The position numbers and the translations under genes are program-made. 35,767 nt of DNA, taken from Octopus bimaculoides. Its lineage: Eukaryota. How positions within the stretch are numbered: position 1 is the stretch's first letter; each line of letters opens with the position of its first letter. The notes under the pieces are model-generated. The model saw only the letters and a program-made list of their open reading frames with translations, did not search any database and was not told the DNA's origin. Location: contig NC_068981.1 of NCBI RefSeq assembly GCF_001194135.2, positions 6,707,544 to 6,743,310 of the forward strand, written 5' to 3'. Of the stretch, positions 1-10,429 are shown in pieces.

Positions 1-50
<50 letters not shown>

Positions 51-115
51 TATATATATACATGTATTATAATATATACATATTTATATATATATAAGTA
101 TATATCCGTATATAT
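1..115. repeat. (TA)n microsatellite and degenerate TA-rich tail
   Basis: Direct reading of the sequence. Confidence 0.95.
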
Positions 116-404
116 CGATGGGTGTGCTTATTTACAATTATGATGAAGGCAATCGATGTCTCACAATTCAATAACAACAGATTTTCGTTCCTCGTCGTAA
201 ACAAGTCCACATCATTTACTTCTTTCATGCATGTGATAACATCAACACTGATAAAGATATCTCCATATGGATACATGGCACTGTCATTGCACAATATCTA
301 TGCACCAATGTTAACATTTCTGATTACCTGTCTTCTTATTTTGCTTCTAATTTCACGCATCTAATTGACAATGCTCAAATAAAATTGAGTGATGAAAGAA
401 AAAC

Positions 405-854
405 ATCCAGCCTTGGCCGTGAGGGAAGAAGCTTGCTTCCCAACCAAATGGTCCTGAGATCAGTCCCACTACCTGGCATCTTGAGCAAGTGTTTTCTACT
501 GTAGCCTCGGCTCGTCCAAATCCTTGTGAATGAATTTGGCAGACGGAAGCTGAAAGAAGGTTGCCGTATACACGCACACATCACACACGCTCACACACGC
601 ACAAGCCCATACATATATATGTGTATTTGTGTGTCTTTGAGCCTGTGTTTGTTTCCCGTCACCTCTTGAGGATAGTTGTTAGTGTGTTTACGTCCCCGTA
701 ACATAGTGGTTCGGCAAAAGGAACCGATACAATAAGTACTAGCCTTCATAGAATATAAGTATTGATATCGATTCATTTGACTAAAATTTCTTGGAAGCGG
801 TGCCCCAGCATGGCTGCAGTCTGACGACTGAAACAAGTAAGAGATAAAAGATAG
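405..854 (+). mobile_element. tRNA-headed SINE, family A (CORE-like CTTGAGCAAGTG block, internal CA/TA/TG microsatellite, 3' GGCGGTGCYCCAGCATGGCYGCAG tail)
   Basis: Homologous copies at 7448, 9530, 9985, 11975, 25108 and 28930 share GAAGCTTGCTTCCCAACC, GACGGAARCTGAAAGAAG, TTTACGTCCCCGTAAC and the 3' tail. Resembles octopus tRNA-derived SINEs (OR/OK-type) from recall; family name not verifiable here. Confidence 0.88.
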
Positions 855-1753
855 AAGATCTGTTTTCTTGTTTTGTTTCTATTTGCACATATCGAAATGA
901 TTAAAGACAAAAGGGACTCGAATAAAATTGATTGATGAATCAGAAAGCTCCATGTTTATAGCGAAATTTAGCGTCGAACTCGTTGCCGAGATGAAACATC
1001 CTGTCAACAATACAACAGTGTTTCTGTGTATCTGGTCTACAATTAAGGTTGGTCATAACAACTGGCTCCATAATTATTTCACTCAGAATTTCCACCGGAA
1101 AGGTCTTGCAACGTTGATGGGACTTAGAAAGTGTATTGTTTCTAACAAAGAATGACTAATAACGGAACAGGGAAAATATTTCACGAAACTCTTTCAACCG
1201 GGGCATATGAACGGTCTCTTTTTTTTCTTTTTTTTTTGTACTCACATAACAGATCAGATAAAAATATGTTGATGGAAAGAGAAAGCTTTTCTGCAGATGC
1301 AATGGTATACACACACGAAGACACAGACATACACACTCACCCCCTCCCCACACACACAGACACAATTATGCAGTCATACACGAATAAGCGTGTGCACGTT
1401 TGTTCTATCACGATGGCATAAGTTATTCCATCAATGTTGATTTTAAATGCAGGAAGTTTCACAATTTATTATTGGTAGAATTGGTACAAGGAGTGGATTG
1501 TGGAAGTAAATCAACTCTAACAGGGGGAAGCGAGATGCTGAGAGATTTGATAAGATTGCGGCAATGTTGAGAATGGAGACTAACCACTTGTATCAATTGC
1601 AATTTGGAGATGAATTCAAGACGTAACGTTTTTCCCCAGAATTTTTATCTCCATTCCACTTAAATGAAACGGTCTAACAATCCTCCAATCATATTTCTAT
1701 GGAAATACATTGCGCTCGTTTCGATTAATTTTGTCATATTAATCCGGTATTAA

Positions 1754-1970
1754 TGCAGCGAGCTGGCAGATTCGTTAGAAGGTCGAAGAAAATGCTAAGT
1801 GACATTTCTTTCGGCTCTTTATGTTCGTAACTCAAAACCCACATTGGCCAACTTTGTGTTTCATCCTTTCAGGGTCGATAAATAAAATACCAAACAAGTA
1901 CTGGGATCAATGTAATCGAATGACCACCACCCTCAAGTTTCTTGTACCAATTTTAAAAACTATTATTAAA
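1754..1970 (+). mobile_element. tRNA-headed SINE, family B (diverged copy)
   Basis: GCGAGCTGGCAGATTCGTTAG head and TTTCATCCTTTCAGGGTCGATAAA...GTACTGGGATCAATGTAATCGA body, shared with copies at 2759, 8625, 8914, 28470 and 33574. Confidence 0.85.
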
Positions 1971-2132
1971 CCTTATTTGGAACAAATTACAATGAAATTT
2001 TCATGGAAGGTTTTTATTTAGGTCATTTTAAATCATGAAATTTCTATCATTGATCCCAAATGGTCTTAAAGTGGGCTGATAACAAAATGTTTAATCAGAG
2101 AAGGTGAAACTTACTTTAACAGCTTCTTACAC

Positions 2133-2168
2133 GAATGGTTTGTTCCCCTGTAGGGGAACAAACCATTC
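2133..2168. repeat. Perfect 17-bp inverted repeat with 2-nt spacer
   Basis: GAATGGTTTGTTCCCCT-gt-AGGGGAACAAACCATTC. Confidence 0.95.
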
Positions 2169-2244
2169 TAAAGAACTGTATAACCATTCTAAAGAACTGT
2201 ATAACCATTCTAAAGAACTGTATAACCATTCTAAAGAACTGTAT
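2161..2244. repeat. Tandem repeat, 4 perfect copies of a 21-bp unit
   Basis: (AACCATTCTAAAGAACTGTAT)x4 starting at 2161, 2182, 2203 and 2224; no spacers. Confidence 0.97.
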
Positions 2245-2758
2245 AATGCCAAGCAAACTTATAATTGGAGAATTTATTAGTAAAAGAGTCTACAAGTGAA
2301 AATTGCTATGCTGTGTAAATTTACGGTATTTTATTTACAAAAGTCAAATAAAAGTTTTTGAGAAGGAAACGAGGCTTAACAAGTTAGTACTGAACCTGGA
2401 ATCTCGGAATTTTAAAGCAACCGCCAGTGCTGGCATCCATTGATGTGGAGAGGATTTTGTGATGGAACTGCAACGTAGAATGAATTTCTGAGGGGAAGTG
2501 CCTAAATTGCTGAGGATTTTAAGAAGCTGTATAAAACAAAAGAATGGTGGTGTACAAGAGATCGAGTGTCGCAGGTTGCTAGAATTTTGTGATTAAATAT
2601 TCTGTGTTCCTTTTTTTTTTTTTTTAGTTCGCTTTGGAAATAAGGAGAGAAGAACAACGTTCCGTAAACTTCAGCGCGGAGGGAAAAAAATCCATTAATT
2701 CGTTTAACCACTTCATCCAAAGCGTCAGCAGTATTGTGATTATGTTGTTGTTGTTATT

Positions 2759-2946
2759 GAGGTGGCGAGATGGTAGAATCGTTAGTGCGCTGGACGAAAT
2801 GCGGGATTTCGCCCGTCGCTACGCTCCGACCTTACCTTTCATCTTTTAGGGGTCGATAAAATAAGTACCAGTGAAACACTGGGGTCGACGTAATCGACTC
2901 ATGCCCTCCCCCAAAATTGCTGCCCTTGTAGCAAAATTTGAAACCC
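2759..2946 (+). mobile_element. SINE family B with (ATT)n tail
   Basis: GGTGGCGAGATGGTAGAATCGTTAG ... CCTTTCATCTTTTAGGGGTCGATAAAATAAGTACCAG ... AAATTTGAAACC, followed by (ATT)n. Confidence 0.88.

Positions 2947-2998
<52 letters not shown>
2947..2998. repeat. (ATT)n/(TAA)n microsatellite
   Basis: Direct reading; shared as tail by the SINE on + and the R4-like fragment on -. Confidence 0.95.
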
Positions 2999-3000
<2 letters not shown>

Positions 3001-3388
3001 GAAAACTTACAGCTTATTATGCTGGGTATGATGGAAAGTGTCAGTTGTCCACAGCCAGCAGACTAAGGTGACACTTGTTTACTGGTCATGCTTCAAGAAC
3101 CCTGCCAAGAATTCTTGCAGTTCCAAGCAATGCTGATTTTTGTAGATGTTCTACCTTCACACTTGCACAAATCTTTTTCAGCCATGTTGGTAGTTGAGTT
3201 CTGATACTTCCATCCAAGTGCACCAATTACTACTGGTATCAGGTATACTCTCCTCATTGACCACAATCTTCGTATTAACCACTTTAAATCATCATAATTG
3301 TTCGCTTTTTCTTCTTATTCTTTGATCCTGTTGTCACTGGGACATTCTATGTCGATTATCAAGCATGCTCTTTCTTTTTTTCACCATA
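2999..3388 (-). mobile_element. 5'-truncated R4/Dong-like non-LTR retrotransposon, REL endonuclease C-terminus plus 3' UTR (degenerate)
   Basis: Minus-strand translation ~3365->3086: CLIIDIECPSDNRIKE*EEKANNYDDLKWLIRRLWSMRRVYLIPVVIGALG / QLPTWLKKICASVKVEHLQKSALLGTARILGRVLEA*. This matches the IID..P.D....K...Y..L / PVVIGALG / LQK.ALLGTARI pattern of REL-type elements. Ends in (TAA)n. Confidence 0.85.
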
Positions 3389-3391
3389 ACA

Positions 3392-3477
<86 letters not shown>

Positions 3478-3485
3478 CATTATTA
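3392..3485. repeat. (ATT)n/(TAA)n microsatellite
   Basis: Direct reading; lies between two R4-like fragments. Confidence 0.95.
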
Positions 3486-3648
3486 ACTCGAGGTTTTGTT
3501 GGAACTGCTGGAGTCTTGCATGCGTAGCGGGATTTCTGCCTGCTGTCTACGGTACAATTTGCTATCTAACACTTTCCTGATTATTCTGGCCGTGCCAAAG
3601 AAGCAAACCTTTTATAGCACTTCCACTGGGCAGTCTGTTCCGATTTTG
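3486..3648 (-). mobile_element. Second R4/Dong-like 3' end (different subfamily)
   Basis: Minus translation KIGTDCPVEVL*KVCFFGTARIIRKVLDS, then a different 3' sequence and a (TAA)n tail at 3392-3485. Confidence 0.75.
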
Positions 3649-4084
3649 TATATGTATATGTACCACACGCACACACATGTATATGTGTGCACATGCACAT
3701 ACACGTGTGGTGTGCTTGTGTGTATGTATGCGTGTGTGTGTGTGTCTGTGTGTGTATTGCTTTATCATTTTCAGCGATTCCTCTCTATGTTTTCACATAT
3801 ATTTTCGATATATTTTCCACTCAATTGCAATTAGGTGTCGCTTGTTTGTTACTAAGTTCTGATTACGTAAGCCATGAATAATATCGCATATAAGTGTAGA
3901 AGAACGGGCAGGAAATATAACCGAACACTTTAATTCTGGAAGATAATAGCAGTGTTAACCTCATTGATGTTTATCAATAAGTCGACATCGCTTGTAATTG
4001 AAGCGAGCAACGCTTCTTTGTTCCTACTTGACGCTTTTTACACGTTGCGTGTGTTTCTAGGCAAGTCGATGCATGTGTCTTTGT

Positions 4085-4242
4085 CGACGTTTATGTTTAT
4101 GTGTTTGTGTGTGTGCGTGCGTGTGTGTGCGTGAGTGCGTGTGTGTGTGTGAGTGTGGGCGCGTTTGTGTGTGCGCTGAGTGTCAAGGTGTATATAAGTA
4201 TACATACATATATATATACATATATATATACATATGTATATA

Positions 4243-4279
<37 letters not shown>

Positions 4280-4659
4280 NNNNNNNNNNNNNNNNNNNNN
4301 NNNNNNNNNNNNNNNNNNNNNNNNNNNNNNNNNNNNNNNNNNNNNNNNNNNNNNNNNNNNNNNNNNNNNNNNNNNNNNNNNNNNNNNNNNNNNNNNNNNN
4401 NNNNNNNNNNNNNNNNNNNNNNNNNNNNNNNNNNNNNNNNNNNNNNNNNNNNNNNNNNNNNNNNNNNNNNNNNNNNNNNNNNNNNNNNNNNNNNNNNNNN
4501 NNNNNNNNNNNNNNNNNNNNNNNNNNNNNNNNNNNNNNNNNNNNNNNNNNNNNNNNNNNNNNNNNNNNNNNNNNNNNNNNNNNNNNNNNNNNNNNNNNNN
4601 NNNNNNNNNNNNNNCACATAGATAGACAGACAGATAGATACATAGATAGATTGATAGGT

Positions 4660-4692
<33 letters not shown>

Positions 4693-4938
4693 GCATGTAC
4701 ATTTATACAAACATACATACAGACAGACAGACACAATACTCACACACACACAAGCGCGCGCGCGCGCGAGCGTACACATAGAGGTTAGAATTCTATTTTT
4801 TGTTTCTCTTCTTTTCTCTTTGAAGTTGAGACTAGAGTATTTCGGTACATCCATGTAAATAAATATGTCTGAACGTGTGTGTGCGCATGTGCAGGCGCGT
4901 GGAAGTGAGCGTATCTACATATCGCAATGTAGGAACAC

Positions 4939-4992
<54 letters not shown>

Positions 4993-5310
4993 ATATATAT
5001 ATATGTATATATATATATCTGGGAGGTCCGTTTGCTTTCATCTGTGATATCGTTTCGTAATGAGAGAAAATGAGAGAAAATGATATGATGCAACAGAGGG
5101 AAATAAATAAATAACCAAATAAATAAGAATAGGAAATACACACACACCTATATATATACATATGCATAATTACATACATACACACACAGACTCACACACA
5201 CATACATGAAAGCACGCTTTCACATACGCATGTATGTATGTGTCTATGTCTCTCTGTGTGTAGCATCGTGTGTGTGTTTCTCTCTGTGTGTGTGTGTGTG
5301 TGTGTGAGTG
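4085..5310. repeat. Compound (TG)n/(TA)n/(GATA)n/(CA)n microsatellite block around assembly gap 4280-4614
   Basis: Direct reading. Confidence 0.9.
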
Positions 5311-6989
5311 CGTATATTTATCACTGCTTGTTGGTCCGTGAGGCTGTAAATTGACTAATATCCCGTTTACCGGGTTTATTTCAAGGCATTCGTTTAGAAG
5401 ATAAATGAGCGGTAAGAAAACAGAAAAGTTAAAAACAAGGATTTCAATCAAAATTTTACAACACTTTTAACAATTTTGACGCCAAATTGATAAAGTAATA
5501 ACAACTTAGAGTCACGTGATCCTGTCTCCATCATCACATGATTCATGGATTTGGAAGATAAGATAGAAGTTGTACTTTACATTGTGGAAAAAGTACCAGA
5601 AACTCAGTAATATTTTGTTATCTTCTGCGGTACATTTTATCAGTCTGACAGATATCGTCTTGTGAATGAAAATGTCAAATACCCAAATCTACGCATCTTT
5701 GAATAACTTGAATTTTATTAAAATTTACTTTTGGTATAAATATAATTCTCCATAAAGGTGAATTTAAGAGATATAAGATAGCAACATCAGCTGTTAATGG
5801 AGAATACTCACCTCATAGTGATTGTCTGAATGTTGGACTTATATACATATAAAATATACGCACATATGTACGTACATATGTAATATATATAATACATATA
5901 TATNNNNNNNNNNNNNNNNNNNNNNNNNNNNNNNNNNNNNNNNNNNNNNNNNNNNNNNNNNNNNNNNNNNNNNNNNNNNNNNNNNNNNNNNNNNNNNNNN
6001 NNNNNNNNNNNNNNNNNNNNNNNNNNNNNNNNNNNNNNNNNNNNNNNNNNNNNNNNNNNNNNNNNNNNNNNNNNNNNNNNNNNNNNNNNNNNNNNNNNNN
6101 NNNNNNNNNNNNNNNNNNNNNNNNNNNNNNNNNNNNNNNNNNNNNNNNNNNNNNNNNNNNNNNNNNNNNNNNNNNNNNNNNNNNNNNNNNNNNNNNNNNN
6201 NNNNNNNNNNNNNNNNNNNNNNNNNNNNNNNNNNNNNNNNNNNNNNNNNNNNNNNNNNNNNNNNNNNNNNNNNNNNNNNNNNNNNNNNNNNNNNNNNNNN
6301 NNNNNNNNNNNNNNNNNNNNNNNNNNNNNNNNNNNNNNNNNNNNNNNNNNNNNNNNNNNNNNNNNNNNNNNNNNNNNNNNNNNNNNNNNNNNNNNNNNNN
6401 NNNNNNNNNNNNNNNNNNNNNNNNNNNNNNNNNNNNNNNNNNNNNNNNNNNNNNNNNNNNNNNNNNNNNNNNNNNNNNNNNNNNNNNNNNNNNNNNNNNN
6501 NNNNNNNNNNNNNNNNNNNNNNNNNNNNNNNNNNNNNNNNNNNNNNNNNNNNNNNNNNNNNNNNNNNNNNNNNNNNNNNNNNNNNNNNNNNNNNNNNNNN
6601 NNNNNNNNNNNNNNNNNNNNNNNNNNNNNNNNNNNNNNNNNNNNNNNNNNNNNNNNNNNNNNNNNNNNNNNNNNNNNNNNNNNNNNNNNNNNNNNNNNNN
6701 NNNNNNNNNNNNNNNNNNNNNNNNNNNNNNNNNNNNNNNNNNNNNNNNNNNNNNNNNNNNNNNNNNNNNNNNNNNNNNNNNNNNNNNNNNNNNNNNNNNN
6801 NNNNNNNNNNNNNNNNNNNNNNNNNNNNNNNNNNNNNNNNNNNTGGTGAGAGAGACGAAAACCTGGCAAACCTTATATCTTCTTTTCCAGTGACATTCTT
6901 CACTGATATTGAAAAGGTGAAAACAAGCAATGTTAATTCTCTAAATGAAGTATTAACAGTAACTGCACGATAAAGTGTAGTATATTGCC

Positions 6990-7155
6990 ACTTAAGTGTG
7001 GCTGACCCCTAGGGGTGGATGTTACTGTTGCTTTTAGCCCCAGGAGGACATCTCCTCCAGCTGGCTTATCGACACACGACTGTGTCCTGTTTGCCAAGGG
7101 AGTTATCCCTCTCACCTCGACCAGCAGCACGAACGTATCCGGATTTCAGGGTTAT
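6990..7155 (-). mobile_element. Truncated copy of the hammerhead-bearing repeat also at 20541-20880 (3' half of HHR only)
   Basis: Shares GATGYTACTGTTG..TTTAGCCCCWGGAGGACATCTCCTCCARCTGGCT..CGACACAC with 20586-20645. Minus strand ACCCT-GAAAT-CCGGA..GTT-CGTG parallels ACCCA-GAAAC-CCCGA-GTT-TGTG at 20731-20711. Confidence 0.65.
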
Positions 7156-7164
7156 ATATATATA

Positions 7165-7433
7165 TATATCGTATTGAAATTCCCCGTCGTTGGACGACGT
7201 ATGATGTTTCTGCAGTTTCTTGCCGAACAACTGCACAAATGATTTGTTTATAGCCATCAAATGATTGTGTCCACATAAGCTCACGCCCTCCATCAAATCA
7301 ACATTACCTGTACAAGTGCACCATGTTCCACATGTCAGATGACGAAATGATCGTAAAGCAACGTTCGGTCTGGGAATCGAACCCACCATTTCACAATCGT
7401 GAGTGCAACACCTTAACCACTGAGCCATGCGCC
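7165..7433 (-). mobile_element. tRNA-headed SINE, third family (C)
   Basis: Minus strand GGCGCATGGCTCAGTGG (A box, 7427-7417) and GGTTCGATTCC (B box, 7383-7373) at tRNA spacing, no acceptor-stem pairing, followed by ~200 nt of non-tRNA body. Confidence 0.75.
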
Positions 7434-7447
7434 TATATATAGGTACT

Positions 7448-7712
7448 ATCGCGGCTGCATGGTTGGAAGCTTGTTTCTAAACCACATATTTCCGGGTTCA
7501 GTGGCACCTCGGGCAAGTGTTCCCTACGATAGCCTTGGGTCAACCAAAGCCTTGTGAGTTGATTTGGTAAATGGAAATTGAAAGAAGCCCATGGTATATC
7601 TATGTATGTGGGCGTCTTTGTGCCTGTGTTTGTTCCCCGCCCCGCTTGAGAACCAGTGTTGGTGTGTTTACGTCCCCGTAACTTATCGGTTTGGTAAAAG
7701 AAACCGATATTA
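7448..7712 (+). mobile_element. SINE family A, 3'-truncated
   Basis: GGCACCTCGGGCAAGTG, CCAAAGCCTTGTGAGT, GTTTACGTCCCCGTAAC blocks. Confidence 0.85.
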
Positions 7713-8014
7713 TATTAGTTTAAGAAGAATTAAGCTCTAAAGTCTATTTATTCCACTCAAAATTCTTCATTGTGGTTCCTGCTGAGTCCCTTGTGTAGAC
7801 GTGTAACACACAACAAATACATAAAATATAATGTAATAGAAATAAATGAAACGGCGAATAAAAAAAAGTGGTACCTTTTGACAAGTCACCTGAGGAGACA
7901 CATATGCACCCATGATACACTACGATTGTTTGTACAACATCTCATACACAAGGTACCGGTGCACGATGGGTCGAAACGATCGGAGAGAGTAACAAATCTC
8001 GTGAATTCCATTTG

Positions 8015-8077
<63 letters not shown>

Positions 8078-8209
8078 GTATGTATAGGAGTAAATGTAAG
8101 GACAAGCAAGTGAGGCAAGTCGATATACGAAAAATATTAAATACATTTAATACAGAAAATGTACATAATTATACATATAAAAAATTATACATATAAAAAA
8201 AAAAAGTCC

Positions 8210-8276
8210 GACTTAACATAGAATGGAAATGATATCAGGAATTAATTCCTGATATCATTTCCATTCTGTGTAAGTC
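8210..8276. repeat. Fold-back with a perfect 48-bp palindrome core (8220-8267)
   Basis: AGAATGGAAATGATATCAGGAATT|AATTCCTGATATCATTTCCATTCT; pairing extends GACTT(A)ACAT/GTGTAAGTC; flanked by an A-run and a T-run. Confidence 0.95.
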
Positions 8277-8440
8277 AGTAATTTTTTTTTTTTTCATATG
8301 AATACATATGTACATTTTCTGCATTAAATCTACCTGNNNNNNNNNNNNNNNNNNNNNNNNNNNNNNNNNNNNNNNNNNNNNNNNNNNNNNNNNNNNNNNN
8401 NNNNNNNNNNNNNNNNNNNNNNNNNNNNNNNNNNNNNNNN

Positions 8441-8507
<67 letters not shown>

Positions 8508-8624
8508 CTATCTATACACACGCAGGCACAATACCTTTTTCTCTGAAAGCCACTTGCCCAGCTTCCATGGCGTATGAGTGACTGAGATTACAACATTTCC
8601 CTGAACGGAACGCCGGTCTGATGC

Positions 8625-8826
8625 GGAGTTGAAGGCCGCGAATATTGAAGGAAGCGGAACTACGTTGACCTCAGTACTTGACTGGTACTTTATCTTACCC
8701 CCATCACGAAAGAATGAAGAACAAAGATGACCTCGGTGGGATTTCAATTCAGAACGTAAGAAACCAGAAAAAATACCGCTAAGCGTTTTCTACGATGTGC
8801 TAACAATTCTGCACTGTCGCCACCTC
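8625..8826 (-). mobile_element. SINE family B
   Basis: Reverse complement begins GAGGTGGCGACAGTGCAGAATTGTTAGCAC and contains GCTTAGCGGTATTT, GAGGTC, AAGTACCAGTCAAGTACTG. Confidence 0.8.
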
Positions 8827-8834
8827 ACACATAC

Positions 8835-9119
8835 AAATTAAGTACCAGTTGCATACTAGGGTCCATCTAATCGACTAGCCCCCTACTCCAAAATTTCGGG
8901 CCTTGTACCTTGAATAGAAGAGAATCGTTAGCACGCCGGGCAAAATGCTTAGCGGTGTTTCGTCTGTCTTTATGTTCTGAGTTCAAATTCTACCGGGATC
9001 GACTTTGTCTTTCATCCTTCCTGGGTCAATAAATTTAGTACCAGTTGTGTACTGCGGTCGGTGTATCTACTTAGCCCCTGCGCCAAAATAACCGACCCTG
9101 TGCCAGAATTCGAAACCAT
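8835..9119 (+). mobile_element. SINE family B: 3' fragment (8835-8915) directly followed by a near-full copy (8914-9119)
   Basis: AAGTACCAGTTG..CTAATCGACTAG..GGGCCTTGTACC, then GAATCGTTAGCACGCCGGGCAAAATGCTTAGCGG..GAGTTCAAATTC (B box)..GAAACC. Confidence 0.85.
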
Positions 9120-9221
9120 ACTGAGCAGAAGCAGACGCATGGGTGTATGCTTGTGTATATACTTAAATATGCATATGTATATAGATTCAGTACTAGGAAT
9201 ATACATGTAAGTATATGTGTT

Positions 9222-9258
<37 letters not shown>

Positions 9259-9529
9259 ACGTATTAATAAGTATGTTCAGATGGCGTACACATCCTCTTA
9301 CCTCGTTGAGCGGAGGTAGGAGGTGTACGTAATATATTAATCTATTACACTAACAACTGTTGACAGTTTATTCTCACTCCTCCTCCTCCTCCTCAACCTT
9401 TCATGTCCGTATGTGTGTGGCCGACTTATCATGTCTACATACATATGTCATGCTGTCGACCGTTAACTCTTTGATGGAATGGTAAGGGGGCACTTCTAAC
9501 GGGTAAAGCCCACCTGTCGACATGCCTTT

Positions 9530-9899
9530 CTTCTTTCGCTTGCTTTAGTCATTAGACTGCGGCCATGCTGGAGCAACGCCTTCAAAAACTTTTAGTCGAA
9601 TGTTCTTATTTCTTTGAGGGCTTGGTATTTATTCTATCAGCCTCTTTCGCCGAATCGCTAAGTTATAGGGGACGTAAACACACCCACATCGTTTGTCGAG
9701 TGGTGGGGTGGGAAAAAACACACAAACATACACACATTCACGCACAAACACATACACACATACATCTATTTATATATACGACGGGCTTCTCTCAGTTTCC
9801 GTCTAACAAATCTACTCACAAGGCTTTGGTCGGTGAGAAGTTACAGTAGAAAATACTTGTCTAAGGTGCCACGCAGTGGGGCTGAACCTGGAACCATGT
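9530..9899 (-). mobile_element. SINE family A
   Basis: GACTGCGGCCATGCTGGAGC, GGGGACGTAAACACACC, CAGTTTCCGTCT, CACAAGGCTTTGGTCGG and AGGTGCCACGCAGTGG are reverse complements of family A blocks. Confidence 0.9.
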
Positions 9900-9920
9900 C
9901 GATGCTTTCACGCCTACACC

Positions 9921-9970
<50 letters not shown>

Positions 9971-9984
9971 TACATACACGTTTA

Positions 9985-10355
9985 GGGGTGGCTGTGTGGT
10001 AATAAACTTGCTTGCCAACCACATGATTCCAGATTCTGTCCCGCTGTATGTCACCTTCGGCAAGTGTCTTCTACGATAGCCTTGGGCCGACCAAAGCCTT
10101 GTGAGTGGATTTGGCAGACGGAAACTGAAAGAAGCTCGTCGAGTATATACATATATATGTTTGTGGGTCTGTGCTTGTCCTCCCACTATCGCTTGATAAC
10201 CGACGTCCCCGTAACATAGCGGTTCTGTAAAAGAGACAGAAAGAGTAAGTACTAGGCTTATAAAGAATAAGTCCTGGAGTCGATCTCCTCGACTAAAGGC
10301 GGTGCTCCAGCATCGCCGCAGTCAAATGAAGGAAACAAATAAAAAATAAAAGAAT
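9985..10355 (+). mobile_element. SINE family A, near full length
   Basis: GTGGCTGTGTGGTAA head, CACCTTCGGCAAGTG CORE-like block, GGCGGTGCTCCAGCATCGCCGCAGTC tail. Confidence 0.92.
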
Positions 10356-10429
10356 ATATATGTGCCTGTGCGTTTTTGTATTTATTTTGTATATGTGTGT
10401 ATGTATGTATTATGTGTGTGTGTTGTATC

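Noticed and set aside
175-503. Plus-strand open frame of ~110 codons (IFVPRRKQVH...)
   Set aside because: No early start codon, the 3' third runs into SINE A, and no recognisable homology.
353-836. Short ORFs such as 353-577, 375-584, 591-836 (and 9565-9849, 9920-10186, 29115-29372)
   Set aside because: They are translations of SINE family A copies and recur with similar peptides wherever the SINE occurs.
821-840. CTGACGA-ct-GAAAC-aa-GTA hammerhead-like string
   Set aside because: It lies in the SINE A tail, where other copies read CAAATGA/CTAATGA; there is no stem I or stem II.
2161-2244. 21-bp repeats as a CRISPR array
   Set aside because: The units are directly adjacent with no spacers; eukaryotic context; no cas genes.
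5806-5826. Consensus donor GAG|GTGAGT on the minus strand at 5812/5811
   Set aside because: It is isolated, the upstream acceptor is poor and the region is next to a gap; expected by chance in 35 kb.
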